A stretch of DNA of 64,000 bases from a virus (taxonomy: Duplodnaviria; Heunggongvirae; Uroviricota; Caudoviricetes): the IMG/VR virus record IMGVR_UViG_3300017705_000602, one strand, 5' to 3'. The notes beneath the pieces were generated by a model that was not told the origin of the DNA, searched no databases, and saw only the letters and a list, made by a program, of their open reading frames with translations. Below are positions 1-9,541 of the stretch, one piece after another (position 1 is the stretch's first letter; each line of letters begins with the position of its first letter). A program made the translations under genes and the position numbers.

Positions 1-2
1 GC

Positions 3-125
3 GCAAGCACTGAAGACGACAAGCCTCCGTTTAAACCGGATGAAGCTAAGAAAGAACAGCCAGTAACATCGGGCGGTTCTTCAAGCGCCGAAGATATTTT
101 GGCAAAAATCCGCAACAGACGATAA
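3..125 (+). CDS. 3' end of a gene entering from the left, probably the gp32-like ssDNA-binding protein (partial)
   Basis: Open frame ASTEDDKPPFKPDEAKKEQPVTSGGSSSAEDILAKIRNRR*. The low-complexity tail ending in SAEDILAxIR, directly before uvsX, matches my recollection of jumbo-phage SSB C-termini. Confidence 0.45.
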   Translation, partial: ASTEDDKPPFKPDEAKKEQPVTSGGSSSAEDILAKIRNRR

Positions 126-131
126 CACAAT

Positions 132-153
132 TAGCCCGGGTAACTCCGGGCTA
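132..153 (+). other. Intergenic stem-loop before uvsX
   Basis: TAGCCCGG-gtaact-CCGGGCTA, 8-bp perfect stem, no U-tract. Confidence 0.6.
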
Positions 154-174
154 TTCGAATAATGGAGTATTCGT

Positions 175-1251
175 ATGACTAAACATTTCGACCCTTCGAA
201 ATTTCGCAAATCCTTGACTAAATCAATTACCGGTGTACACACTGGTTTTCACGATCCTAGCACTTGGGTAAGCACAGGCAACTACTGTTTGAATTATTTA
301 CTTTCGGGTGATTTCCATACAGGCGTGCCGTTAGGCAAAGTAACAGTTTTTGCAGGTGAGTCCGGCTCTGGTAAAAGTTATATTTGTTCAGGAAACTTAG
401 CACGTAACGCACAAGAGCAAGGTATTTTTGTTGTTCTAATCGACACTGAGAATGCACTAGACGAAACGTGGTTGCATGCAGTAGGTGTAGATACATCGGA
501 AGATAAACTTCTTAAAATCGGTTGTTCAATGGTCGATGATGTTGCTAGAACAATATCAGAGTTCATGAAAGCGTATCGAGAAGATTATGATACTGCTAAC
601 CATGATGGTGAAGCACCAAAAGTATTGTTTATTATCGACTCGCTAGGTATGTTGTTAACACCAACTGATGTTAATCAGTTTGAAAAAGGCGACATGAAAG
701 GCGACTTAGGTCGTAAAGCAAAATCGTTAACTGCATTAGTGCGTAACACAGTTAACTTGATTGCACCTTACGATGTTGGCTTGGTAGCAACTAACCACAC
801 TTATGCATCGCAAGATATGTTTGACCCAGATGATAAAGTATCAGGTGGTCAAGGTTTTATCTATGCATCGTCGATTGTAGTAGCAATGCGTAAAAAGAAA
901 CTCAAAGAAGATGCCGACGGTAAAAAGGTAACTGACATACGCGGTATTAAGGCGTCATGTAAAATCATGAAGTCTCGCTATTCAAAGCCTTTTGAGAAAG
1001 TAGATGTATATATTCCGTATGATAGTGGTATGGATCCGTACTCGGGCTTGTTCGAATTGTTTGAAACTGCTGGCATACTAAAGAAACAGGGCAATAGATA
1101 TCGTTATGTATCGAAAGAAACAGGCGAAGAAATTGTACAGTTTCGCAAGCATATGACCAATGAGTTTTATGATCAGGTGATGGCCGAGTTCGACATTAAA
1201 GACTTAGAAGTTGAAGTCGATGATGTTGAAATTGACGAAATCGAAAATTAA
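175..1251 (+). CDS. uvsX: RecA/UvsX-family recombinase
   Basis: Walker A GESGSGKS, FIIDSLG Walker B, NHTY and GGQG motifs; GGAG RBS. Confidence 0.95.
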   Translation: MTKHFDPSKFRKSLTKSITGVHTGFHDPSTWVSTGNYCLNYLLSGDFHTGVPLGKVTVFAGESGSGKSYICSGNLARNAQEQGIFVVLIDTENALDETWLHAVGVDTSEDKLLKIGCSMVDDVARTISEFMKAYREDYDTANHDGEAPKVLFIIDSLGMLLTPTDVNQFEKGDMKGDLGRKAKSLTALVRNTVNLIAPYDVGLVATNHTYASQDMFDPDDKVSGGQGFIYASSIVVAMRKKKLKEDADGKKVTDIRGIKASCKIMKSRYSKPFEKVDVYIPYDSGMDPYSGLFELFETAGILKKQGNRYRYVSKETGEEIVQFRKHMTNEFYDQVMAEFDIKDLEVEVDDVEIDEIEN

Positions 1252-1255
1252 TATA

Positions 1256-1276
1256 CAGTGCGCTAAATGCGCACTG
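1256..1276 (+). terminator. Stem-loop after uvsX (weak terminator or 3' stabiliser)
   Basis: CAGTGCGC-taaat-GCGCACTG followed by only CTTT. Confidence 0.5.
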
Positions 1277-1291
1277 CTTTCGGAGAAATAA

Positions 1292-1519
1292 ATGACCGAT
1301 GATGCTATAATTGAATTATGGGCAAGCATGAAGCCGTTTATGAACAAGAACGATGCAATAACGGCAGCAGATGAATTTGTTGCAACACTTGACGAACACG
1401 GGCTTTTAGATTTTACTGAGCATTCTGTTTTAAGTATTGAGTGCCATTTATTAAAAGATGCAATCATTTCGTACTGTGAATTTGAATTCGAAAACGAAGA
1501 CGGTGACGAGTATGAGTGA
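1292..1519 (+). CDS. Small acidic hypothetical protein
   Basis: 75 aa, GGAG RBS, stop overlaps the next start. Confidence 0.7.
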   Translation: MTDDAIIELWASMKPFMNKNDAITAADEFVATLDEHGLLDFTEHSVLSIECHLLKDAIISYCEFEFENEDGDEYE

Positions 1520-1811
1520 TATCGAAGATGTTGCACAGCGATTGTTTGATGCAATTGATTCTGCAGATATCAAAGCTGTAAGAACAATTGTCGACGACGA
1601 ATTGTATCCAATGGTAATGCACGAACGAGATGCAGTCAATTGGATGGCTCAACCCGCAAATTTAACTAAGCTACACAAAGCACTTATGGAAAAGTTAGAC
1701 ATTCCGCAAAAGTTGCTTATGCTTAGAAATCGAATCCCTGGCACACATAGACGTTCTGTTATGTTTGTTAAGGCTATTTCAAACGCACTTAAGAGAGTGG
1801 ATGAAGAATGA
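1512..1811 (+). CDS. Hypothetical protein (start moved to ATG 1512)
   Basis: MSDIEDVAQ start overlaps the upstream stop; ATGA junction with uvsY. Confidence 0.65.
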   Translation: MSDIEDVAQRLFDAIDSADIKAVRTIVDDELYPMVMHERDAVNWMAQPANLTKLHKALMEKLDIPQKLLMLRNRIPGTHRRSVMFVKAISNALKRVDEE

Positions 1812-2272
1812 GTGTATGGTACCGAAAAGTTACTAGAGACCTTGGCATGTTGCCTGACTGTATCGATTTTTTTGAAGACGAATATGCAACAGCAAAGACA
1901 GAACTTACTCTGCGAGGCAAGTCTTTAGAAAAACACGGTTCTGAATTACCAGGTATAGTTGAACATCGATACGGGCAATTGCAAGAACTTGAAGCAATCT
2001 TAGAATACTTAAACATTGAGTTAAAGAAGAAAAAGACTGCAACTTTTCGAAAGTACCTGGAACACTATAACAAAGCACTCAGTTCTCGAGACGCAGACAA
2101 GTTTGCCGAAGGTGATGTTGATGTTGTTGACATGGCGCTTTTGGTAAACGAGTTTTCGTTAGTGCGTAATAAGTTTTTGGGCATACTAAAAGGCATCGAT
2201 CAAAAAGGCTGGATGATAGGGCATATTACCAAACTTCGTGCTGCCGGTTTAGATGATGCAGCCATTGACTAA
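1808..2272 (+). CDS. uvsY: UvsY-like recombination mediator
   Basis: 154-aa helical protein (LPGIVEHRYGQLQELEAILEYLNIEL, YLEHYNKALSSRDADKF) lying between uvsX and uvsW. Confidence 0.7.
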   Translation: MSVWYRKVTRDLGMLPDCIDFFEDEYATAKTELTLRGKSLEKHGSELPGIVEHRYGQLQELEAILEYLNIELKKKKTATFRKYLEHYNKALSSRDADKFAEGDVDVVDMALLVNEFSLVRNKFLGILKGIDQKGWMIGHITKLRAAGLDDAAID

Positions 2273-2293
2273 AGACTTCAGATAATATATAAT
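2265..2293 (+). promoter_or_regulatory. sigma70-type promoter
   Basis: TTGACT-17 nt-TATAAT. Confidence 0.8.
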
Positions 2294-2329
2294 ATCTGTG
2301 TAGTTCACACAAGTACACACAGGTATTGT

Positions 2330-2842
2330 ATGTTTGAAATTGACCAAGAGAACAAAAAGCTAAAACAGCGTTATTTAACGCTCGAGCAAAAACTGCGTGA
2401 CTTCCCGAGTAGGTTCCTTACTGATATTACTGATATATTTTTCTTTGGTTACCATATGATAATAACGGATTTTTACGATGACCCTGACGCAAGTTTTCAG
2501 TTTAGTGACATTCACAACCGAGCCGAAGTAATCGACGCTTATTACATGCAGCGGGGATTAACAGTTGAACACCGACAAGAAATCAAGTATTTTGAATCTT
2601 ATAAGCAATTCGATGGACCGACTGATTATGTAGCTGTGTATATACCAGCAAATCCAGGACCCGAAGCCAAAATTGTCGAAACCAGCGTTGACAGAAGAAA
2701 GCTAAGAAAAATATCTAACCATCTAAAAACGTACAAGCAAGAATACATTCAGCTTAAACATCAAGTCAACCAAGAGCAAGCTCAAATCAAACACGAGCTT
2801 GACATGCTTAAAACTTATGCGGAGATTGCAGGTCATGAATGA
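2330..2842 (+). CDS. Hypothetical protein
   Basis: 170-aa ORF downstream of the promoter; coiled-coil-like termini. Confidence 0.7.
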   Translation: MFEIDQENKKLKQRYLTLEQKLRDFPSRFLTDITDIFFFGYHMIITDFYDDPDASFQFSDIHNRAEVIDAYYMQRGLTVEHRQEIKYFESYKQFDGPTDYVAVYIPANPGPEAKIVETSVDRRKLRKISNHLKTYKQEYIQLKHQVNQEQAQIKHELDMLKTYAEIAGHE

Positions 2843-3179
2843 ATCTATAGACGATCTAGACAGGCGTTTACACCAGGCAACTATTGATGCCGGAGACCAA
2901 GTGCTGTATAAAGCACACGACATGAATTTTCGTATTCACACCCGGTCAACCGGAAGTCTTCGACGTTCGCACTTGTATGTAAACAAAAATGACTCTGATG
3001 TGATTATTTTTGTAGCCAACACCGACTACAATAATTGCAATTACCGTGTTGAACTGAAGTCAACCGACCCGGCGATTACAGAACAATTACAACCTTTAGT
3101 TGAGCATGCAAACGCATTAGGTAAGCAATACAGTGACTTGCTATCGCAACACCGAATGATGGAAAAATTATCTGTCTAA
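2835..3179 (+). CDS. Hypothetical protein (start moved to ATG 2835)
   Basis: In-frame ATG overlapping the upstream stop, preceded by GGAG/CAGG. Confidence 0.65.
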   Translation: MNESIDDLDRRLHQATIDAGDQVLYKAHDMNFRIHTRSTGSLRRSHLYVNKNDSDVIIFVANTDYNNCNYRVELKSTDPAITEQLQPLVEHANALGKQYSDLLSQHRMMEKLSV

Positions 3180-3184
3180 AACGG

Positions 3185-3213
3185 TAGCAATCAAGAATAG
3201 AAGATGTTATAAT
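3185..3213 (+). promoter_or_regulatory. sigma70-type promoter with extended -10
   Basis: TAGCAA-17 nt-TATAAT with TGn before the -10. Confidence 0.65.
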
Positions 3214-3239
3214 GTGCAGGAAGCACAAAAAGGACTCAT

Positions 3240-4700
3240 ATGGCAAAGGAATGCATACTGGAAGTCCGTGATGAAGTAAATGTACGATTCCACGGATTAG
3301 ACGTAGCAACTAGACGAAAGCTAGTTGACAAACTTAAATTTTTTATACCTCACGCAAGGCACACTCCCGCCTATAAGCTTGGCCGCTGGGACGGAACCGT
3401 ATCCTTTTGTGATATTGGTGGCCGCACATATATCAATTTGATTACTGACTTAATCCCTATTATCCAGCAATCAGGATACAAAGTCACAATCGATGACAAA
3501 CGTATACAGCATGAATTTGAATTTGATGATGTAGATGAAAATTCATATTCGCATGTTGTTTGGCCAGAAGGTCACCCAGCCGCAGGACAATCAATTATCT
3601 TGCGAGAACACCAAGTCGAAATGATCAATTCGTACTTAGCTAACATACAATCTATTAATGTATGTCCAACAGCCGGCGGCAAAACAATTGTGTGTGCTGT
3701 ATTATCGGACAAAGTAGAAGATTACGGCAAGTCAGTTGTTATTGTACCGTCGAAAGATCTTGTAACTCAAACAGAAGAAGATTACATTAACTTTGGGCTC
3801 GATGTCGGTGTATACTTTGGTGATAGAAAAGACTTGAGCCATCAGCATACCATTTGTACTTGGCAAAGTCTAGAGTCTCTTACTAAGAAGTCTAAAGAAG
3901 GCACAGCTGATATTACTATCCAGGAGTTCCTTGAGGATGTAATTTGTGTAATGGTCGACGAAGTGCATAAATCAAAAGCAACTGTTTTAAGAAAATTATT
4001 GTCTGGACCATTTGCCCATGTTCCGTTGCGCTGGGGACTAACAGGAACACTACCGGAAGAAGATCACGAAAAAGTAGCAGTAACTTCGTGCATCGGTCCT
4101 GCGTTAGGAAAAATCAAAGCATCTGACTTACAGGAACAAGGCTATCTTGCTAACTTAGAAATTGAAATCTGGCAAATGAAAGATTTCAATGATGTGTTTG
4201 ACAATTATCAAAGTGAACTTAAATGGTTAACCAGTAACCGCCATCGCATCGAATATATTTCGAGCATGGTAATAGATGCCGCCGAAGAAAACGGCAACAC
4301 ACTTATATTAGTCGACAGAATCGAAACAGGAAAATTGTTTAATGAGTTTATACCGGACTCTGTATTCATTGACGGATCTGTAAAGTCAACGGATCGTAAG
4401 AAAGAGTATAAAAGTATTCAAGATGTAAACGGTAAGATAATCATTGCAACTTACGGAGTTGCATCAACAGGTATCTCAATCAACCGTTTATTTAACCTGG
4501 TGCTGTTTGAGCCAGGTAAAAGTTTTATAAGAGTTATACAGTCAATTGGACGTGGCTTGCGGGTAGCCGACGACAAGGACTTTGTAAACGTTTATGATGT
4601 TTCGTCAACATGCAAGTACTCAAAGAGGCACTTAGCTAAACGTAAGAAACATTATAAAGAAGCAGAATATCCGTTTAAAATTAAGAAAATTGAATACTAA
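3240..4700 (+). CDS. uvsW: UvsW-like SF2 DNA helicase
   Basis: PTAGGKT Walker A, DEVH, GLTGT, QSIGRGLR motif VI; N-terminal GRWDG segment. Confidence 0.9.
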   Translation: MAKECILEVRDEVNVRFHGLDVATRRKLVDKLKFFIPHARHTPAYKLGRWDGTVSFCDIGGRTYINLITDLIPIIQQSGYKVTIDDKRIQHEFEFDDVDENSYSHVVWPEGHPAAGQSIILREHQVEMINSYLANIQSINVCPTAGGKTIVCAVLSDKVEDYGKSVVIVPSKDLVTQTEEDYINFGLDVGVYFGDRKDLSHQHTICTWQSLESLTKKSKEGTADITIQEFLEDVICVMVDEVHKSKATVLRKLLSGPFAHVPLRWGLTGTLPEEDHEKVAVTSCIGPALGKIKASDLQEQGYLANLEIEIWQMKDFNDVFDNYQSELKWLTSNRHRIEYISSMVIDAAEENGNTLILVDRIETGKLFNEFIPDSVFIDGSVKSTDRKKEYKSIQDVNGKIIIATYGVASTGISINRLFNLVLFEPGKSFIRVIQSIGRGLRVADDKDFVNVYDVSSTCKYSKRHLAKRKKHYKEAEYPFKIKKIEY

Positions 4701-4710
4701 GGAAAGCATT

Positions 4711-4974
4711 ATGCACACAGTTGAACAAGACAATAACGAAATAACAGCAATTGACTGGAATGAAATATCGGAACTCGGCTTGCTACAACGTATCAATCGA
4801 GAAATAATGCATCCGCTAGGTTTAGCATTATATCGCAATGTCGATGACGGTTCGAGCAGTGGCGCATTAATTGCAGACGACGGTGTGTGGGAATATTCAC
4901 CAGAAATCACAAACAAAATATTAAGCGATGACGAAGTTGTTTTACGTGTGCAACAGTTGTTGAATCAGGAGTAG
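4711..4974 (+). CDS. Hypothetical phage protein
   Basis: ATG 4711 with AAGGA RBS; 87 aa. Confidence 0.7.
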   Translation: MHTVEQDNNEITAIDWNEISELGLLQRINREIMHPLGLALYRNVDDGSSSGALIADDGVWEYSPEITNKILSDDEVVLRVQQLLNQE

Positions 4975-4977
4975 TAA

Positions 4978-5481
4978 ATGAAAATATTAACAGTAGACAA
5001 CAAGTCTTATAACCTAGATCGAATACCAGACGAAGTCGAGGATATTCGTTATTGTGTTTTCGATGCATCAGATCGTGAGCACACTGATTACTACTTTTAT
5101 CCTTTGATTTTCTTAGAGTCATTTTATGCCCCGGCGATTGTTTTGAAAATCGGTGAAAATAGAATCAAGGTACCACTAGACTGGTCAGTTCTAGTATGCG
5201 ACGAAGACATGACAGACACAGAAATTGTACCACTTACCAGTTTAAATGATCGTGGCTTTTTTACTGTAGCATTTAACCCGTTGAACCACATGGTCATTAA
5301 GCCCATGGAAGTCGAGATAGTCGACATATACGCGGAAGTTAAGTGGTTCTTTCCTAAGTTAAAAAATGGTGCATTGTTAGTAAGCCCACTTGAAGACGGC
5401 GAAAGTCCTAAGTGTGCAATGTTTGTTAAAGAAGCAAACAAAATTCCTGACAACCTAGAATTAGCGGAGTTGTTTGCATAA
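4978..5481 (+). CDS. Hypothetical protein
   Basis: 167-aa ORF, TAATG junction with the next gene. Confidence 0.75.
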   Translation: MKILTVDNKSYNLDRIPDEVEDIRYCVFDASDREHTDYYFYPLIFLESFYAPAIVLKIGENRIKVPLDWSVLVCDEDMTDTEIVPLTSLNDRGFFTVAFNPLNHMVIKPMEVEIVDIYAEVKWFFPKLKNGALLVSPLEDGESPKCAMFVKEANKIPDNLELAELFA

Positions 5482-5960
5482 TGGCACAAGGTAAAGGAAA
5501 AAAGCTCGATTTGTTTAAAGTGGTGTTGCCTAACATAGATTTGCGTAACATGGACTATTATGCATCACTTAGCGCCGAAGAAAAGAAAGAAATTGCACCG
5601 TACGTACTGATGCGATTTATGAGCAACGTAAAGCAACCTAACTTAGTTGATCATCACTTGATTATGGTTAACGAATTAGTTAATCATGAATTTTCGTCAT
5701 TAAGTAAGCATCCTGAGCTACAATGGAAACTTTTGTGTTTGTGCGGTGTCGGTACAAAACAGTTTCATCCGTGGATTGCCCCTAGTAAAAAGCAAACCAA
5801 AAGCAAAGTACAGCAAGCATTACATCAGCTTAAACCGCATTACAAGCAGGATGAATTAGAATTACTTGAATCGTTAATGACAGTTGATGAGATGCGCGAA
5901 ATGTTCTTGTCTGCCGGCTACGAGGATAAGGAGATAAATGAATTATGCAAAGACCGATAG
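5481..5960 (+). CDS. Probable clamp-loader small subunit (gp62-like)
   Basis: YVLMRFMS...NELVN...HPELQWKLLC...FHPWI pattern recalled from T4-like gp62 homologues; replication context. Confidence 0.55.
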   Translation: MAQGKGKKLDLFKVVLPNIDLRNMDYYASLSAEEKKEIAPYVLMRFMSNVKQPNLVDHHLIMVNELVNHEFSSLSKHPELQWKLLCLCGVGTKQFHPWIAPSKKQTKSKVQQALHQLKPHYKQDELELLESLMTVDEMREMFLSAGYEDKEINELCKDR

Positions 5961-6712
5961 TATTAGTCTCAGGCGGCTTTGATCCACTACATAGTGGACA
6001 TATTGCTATGTTTAAAGAGGCTGCCGAAAAAGGCGATCTCACTGTCGCTCTTAACTCAGATGATTGGCTCGAACGCAAGAAAGGCAAATCGTTTATGTCG
6101 TTTAAAGAACGCACAGCAGTCATTCGTGAGTTAAAATGCGTACAATCTGTGATTAGGTTTGATGATTCAGACGGAACAGCAAAGCAAGCAATACTGGATA
6201 CAATGGACGGATATCCACATCGCGATATCATTTTTGCAAACGGTGGTGACAGAACAGATCAGAATATTCCTGAACTCGATTTGTGTAATCAGTACGATAT
6301 TGATGTAGTGTTTGGCATTGGCGGCAAAAACAAAATGCAATCGAGTTCGTCGTTGTTATCAGAATGGAATGCTAACTTTACAGAACGCAAGTGGGGCAGA
6401 TTTAATTCGTTGCATAACAGCAAGAATGTAAGAGTGAAACAATTAGTGATTGAACCTTTCAAGTCAATTAGCTTACAATTTCACTATAACAGGGAAGAGC
6501 ATTGGTTTATCGAAGACGGTACTGCATTAGTCGAACGAGGCTGCGAACAAATTGAATTGCACCCGGGCGATGTTATCAAGATTGACAAAATGCAATTGCA
6601 TAGGGTAACCAACATATCCGTGCCAAAAAAGCCGTTAAAACTAATCGAAGTGCAAATAGGTGATATATTAGATGAGCAAGACATCGTTAGGGTCGAGGAA
6701 ACGAGATCATAA
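5945..6712 (+). CDS. Cytidylyltransferase-like (HxGH) domain fused to a mannose-6-phosphate-isomerase-type cupin
   Basis: SGGFDPLHSGH, VALNSDDWLERKKG, FANGGDR; C-terminal RKWG...ISLQFHYNREEHW...HRVTN cupin. Confidence 0.8.
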   Translation: MQRPIVLVSGGFDPLHSGHIAMFKEAAEKGDLTVALNSDDWLERKKGKSFMSFKERTAVIRELKCVQSVIRFDDSDGTAKQAILDTMDGYPHRDIIFANGGDRTDQNIPELDLCNQYDIDVVFGIGGKNKMQSSSSLLSEWNANFTERKWGRFNSLHNSKNVRVKQLVIEPFKSISLQFHYNREEHWFIEDGTALVERGCEQIELHPGDVIKIDKMQLHRVTNISVPKKPLKLIEVQIGDILDEQDIVRVEETRS

Positions 6713-7376
6713 ATGCAAATTCTGTAAAAAAGGATTTAGTTCTGAACGAACGCTTGCAAACCACATGTGCAAAAATAAAAAACGGTTTGCAGACAAAGAC
6801 ACAACTCAGTCGAGACTGGGCTTCCGTGTATTTCAGCGTTTTTTCGAATTAACTACGCACAGCAAAAAGCCCAAGTCGTTTGACGACTTTATATCGAGTA
6901 CATATTACATCGGGTTTATAAAGTTCGGACGACACTTGATAAGCATTGATCCGATTGATACTGAGCTGTTTGTTGACTTTGTGATAAAGAACGGAGTTAA
7001 ACTAAACGACTGGGACAAGGATCATGTTTACGATGCGTTCGTTGATGACTTTGTAAAGCGTGAGCCAGTTGAAAAAGCACTCGAACGATCTGTTATTTTT
7101 ATGGACAAGTGGACACAAAGCAAGCAACTTAACTTAAAGGACTTTTTTAGAGAAGTTACTACCAACGAAGCAGTGTATGTAATCAAGCTCGGAAAGATCA
7201 GTCCGTGGGTGTTATTTCTTGCAGAAAGTGCATCGGAATTACTAGGCGAATTTAATGACGAACAGTTTGGCATAATCGAAAGCAAAATCGATCCTAAGTT
7301 TTGGCAAAAGAAAATGACCAATAACAAAGATGATGTTGCGTTTGCCAAGGAAGTGCTAGGAGCATCAGGACTATGA
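6672..7376 (+). CDS. Zinc-finger-containing hypothetical protein
   Basis: CKFC-x12-HMC near the N-terminus. Confidence 0.65.
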   Translation: MSKTSLGSRKRDHKCKFCKKGFSSERTLANHMCKNKKRFADKDTTQSRLGFRVFQRFFELTTHSKKPKSFDDFISSTYYIGFIKFGRHLISIDPIDTELFVDFVIKNGVKLNDWDKDHVYDAFVDDFVKREPVEKALERSVIFMDKWTQSKQLNLKDFFREVTTNEAVYVIKLGKISPWVLFLAESASELLGEFNDEQFGIIESKIDPKFWQKKMTNNKDDVAFAKEVLGASGL

Positions 7377-7648
7377 CATCACCATACAAAAAACATATCA
7401 TACATGTTAATCAGCACAAAATAAGAAGTAACATCAAGAACAACGAAAAAGAACCAGTGCTAACTGTTAAGCATAAAAAGAACAACACTTATGCATTCCA
7501 GGCAATAATAAAAGATGATGCTGGCAACGAAATTGCCAGGGTGGTGTATTCACCCGATAAGCCATTGTCGTGCGGCGCCAGAGTTTGGATAGAAACTGAT
7601 AATGAGCCTGAGCTTGTTTTAACTAACAACATCAATGAGCCAGAATGA
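7373..7648 (+). CDS. Hypothetical phage protein
   Basis: 91 aa, ATGA overlaps at both ends; PLSCGARVWIET motif. Confidence 0.7.
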   Translation: MTSPYKKHIIHVNQHKIRSNIKNNEKEPVLTVKHKKNNTYAFQAIIKDDAGNEIARVVYSPDKPLSCGARVWIETDNEPELVLTNNINEPE

Positions 7649-8232
7649 AAAAGATAAATTTTGATATCGACATCGATTTTCCTAATCGAGACAAAGCATT
7701 AGAAAAGCTTGATCATGCTCGTGCGATTATTGTTCGCGACAAGAAAACAGAAAAGCACAACACTGGCGCTTACTTTCAAGCTATACCTAAAGACCCTGCT
7801 ACAAACCTAGCCACAATCGACTATAAAGAGGCCGAAAACCTTGGGTATTTCAAGGTAGACTTCCTGACAGCAGGTGTTTACGACGGCGTAAGATCTAACG
7901 AGCATTTAACTGAGCTTTTAAAGCAAACTCCAAGGTGGGATCTGTTGTGCGAACGCGATTTTGTTGAGTTGTTGTTCCACATTGGCGATTATGCAAACCT
8001 ACTCAAAGAATACAAACCCACCAGCGTACAACAGCTTGCAATGATACTTGCAATCATACGTCCGGGCAAAAAGCACCTACAAGGAAAGTCGTGGAAAGAA
8101 ATTGAAAAAGAAGTGTGGATAAGACCAACGGACGATACTTACTTTTTCAAAAAGAGTCACTCGATATCTTATGCAGTTGCAATAACTGTACAGATGAATG
8201 CATTAGTTGAACAATTAGAAGAAATGGATTAG
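7645..8232 (+). CDS. Minimal DNA polymerase III alpha (DnaE)-like protein
   Basis: FDIDIDF, KHNTG, KVDFL, AIIRPG and YFFKKSHSISYA correspond to DnaE palm and finger motifs, in only 195 aa. Confidence 0.75.
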   Translation: MKKINFDIDIDFPNRDKALEKLDHARAIIVRDKKTEKHNTGAYFQAIPKDPATNLATIDYKEAENLGYFKVDFLTAGVYDGVRSNEHLTELLKQTPRWDLLCERDFVELLFHIGDYANLLKEYKPTSVQQLAMILAIIRPGKKHLQGKSWKEIEKEVWIRPTDDTYFFKKSHSISYAVAITVQMNALVEQLEEMD

Positions 8233-8600
8233 TCAGTTTTTCTAATTAGTTGTATCTGTCTTCTTTTGATGCGTTTGGTCAATAAGTTATTTAAACTGGT
8301 CACTGGACCAAAAAGCACTTCTGCGTCTTTCATTGCGACTGTAGTTAAGCAAAACTGAAAGCACTTTATCTTATTTCCTATAAAAATGTTTATCGGTAAC
8401 TTGCGATTACTTTCGTACCACCACGTCTCGCCTAAGTCAAGCAAATGTTTTAATTCGCTGTCTGTTTTAATTTTCCCAAAGTCGTAAAATGTCATGATCT
8501 TTTCATCGTGATTCTGTATGATGCACACATGCTCTAGCTCGCGACATCTTACACAACTAATAAAAGGAAAGTTTTCTCTAAATTTATCTGTTAATTTCAT
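8229..8600 (-). CDS. Hypothetical protein (start moved to ATG 8600)
   Basis: MKLTDKFRENFPF...GETWWYESNRKLPINIF; 123 aa; the longer track start would overlap the divergent gene. Confidence 0.7.
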   Translation of the reverse strand: MKLTDKFRENFPFISCVRCRELEHVCIIQNHDEKIMTFYDFGKIKTDSELKHLLDLGETWWYESNRKLPINIFIGNKIKCFQFCLTTVAMKDAEVLFGPVTSLNNLLTKRIKRRQIQLIRKTD

Positions 8601-8613
8601 ATCTCTTCTTATT

Positions 8614-8621
8614 GATAAATA
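8614..8621 (+). promoter_or_regulatory. Late-type promoter motif
   Basis: GATAAATA 31 nt before GTG 8653. Confidence 0.6.
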
Positions 8622-8652
8622 CGTATAATTATATGTTTCAAAGGATCTATCA

Positions 8653-9519
8653 GTGGAAATTTCTACCCAACACCTATATTTATACAAAGATGTAAGACGC
8701 TTGTTGCTCAAGCGAGATAGGTTCACTAACGATGTTATGGATAACGCACCTATGAATAAACGACCGATGAAATTGCATAAAGGAGTCGATAACACTCTAC
8801 ACTTCAGAGTTTTCAATCCCGACCGCACACCTGCCGACGTATGTAGTACATCGGTGTATGCAAGAATAATTGATTTAGACAGTCATGAACTTTTGCTTGA
8901 GCGTAAATTGCACAATGGTACCGCCAAAGGATTTATGTCTTTGGACATTTACGAAAGCGACCTAACTGACATTCATGTTGGGTTATACAAAATTGTACTA
9001 GTCAAGTCCGACAACTTGCTTACTGGGATCGAAGGCGACTATACTAATACGCCATTCTACACAGATTATAGCAACAACATCGACATGACAGTTGAAGTAA
9101 CCGACCAAGCCAACCGTTCGCCTAGGTCAAGTATTATTGTTAAGCCCGTTGAGTGGACCGAAAGCAGATACTTTAACACTGCAATAAACAGACGAGACTC
9201 ACGTTTCTTTACTGAAGCTATACCAACACCTCGCGCAAGAGGCATGCTCAGTAATTTGCACTCGTTCTCAGTGTACGCCGATAACTATACTGGCAAATTA
9301 AAAGTTTTTGGCACCTTAGATCAAACACCAAACCCAGACATAGACCGCGGATGGTTTAACATTAAAGCATACGACGACGCCGACTTTATTGATTTTATTG
9401 AATACACTGGCACACGTTTCTTTTCGTTCGAAGGAAATTACATGTGGCTCAAGTTTGTGTATTTTCCGGACTCGGAAAATAATACTGGTAAAATTGAGAA
9501 ATTGATTGTAAGGTCCTAA
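8653..9519 (+). CDS. Hypothetical protein, probably virion structural
   Basis: GTG start with AAGGA RBS, late-type motif upstream, beta-rich sequence. Confidence 0.6.
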   Translation: MEISTQHLYLYKDVRRLLLKRDRFTNDVMDNAPMNKRPMKLHKGVDNTLHFRVFNPDRTPADVCSTSVYARIIDLDSHELLLERKLHNGTAKGFMSLDIYESDLTDIHVGLYKIVLVKSDNLLTGIEGDYTNTPFYTDYSNNIDMTVEVTDQANRSPRSSIIVKPVEWTESRYFNTAINRRDSRFFTEAIPTPRARGMLSNLHSFSVYADNYTGKLKVFGTLDQTPNPDIDRGWFNIKAYDDADFIDFIEYTGTRFFSFEGNYMWLKFVYFPDSENNTGKIEKLIVRS

Positions 9520-9525
9520 CCAATG

Positions 9526-9534
9526 TGTTATACT
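9526..9534 (+). promoter_or_regulatory. Possible extended -10 promoter for the primase gene
   Basis: TGtTATACT 7 nt before the ATG; no correctly spaced -35. Confidence 0.35.
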
Positions 9535-9541
9535 TACGATA

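Noticed and set aside
8601-8828. N-terminal extension of the minus-strand ORF 8229-8828
   Set aside because: It would overlap the divergent gene at 8653 and its promoter; ATG 8600 gives a cleaner gene.
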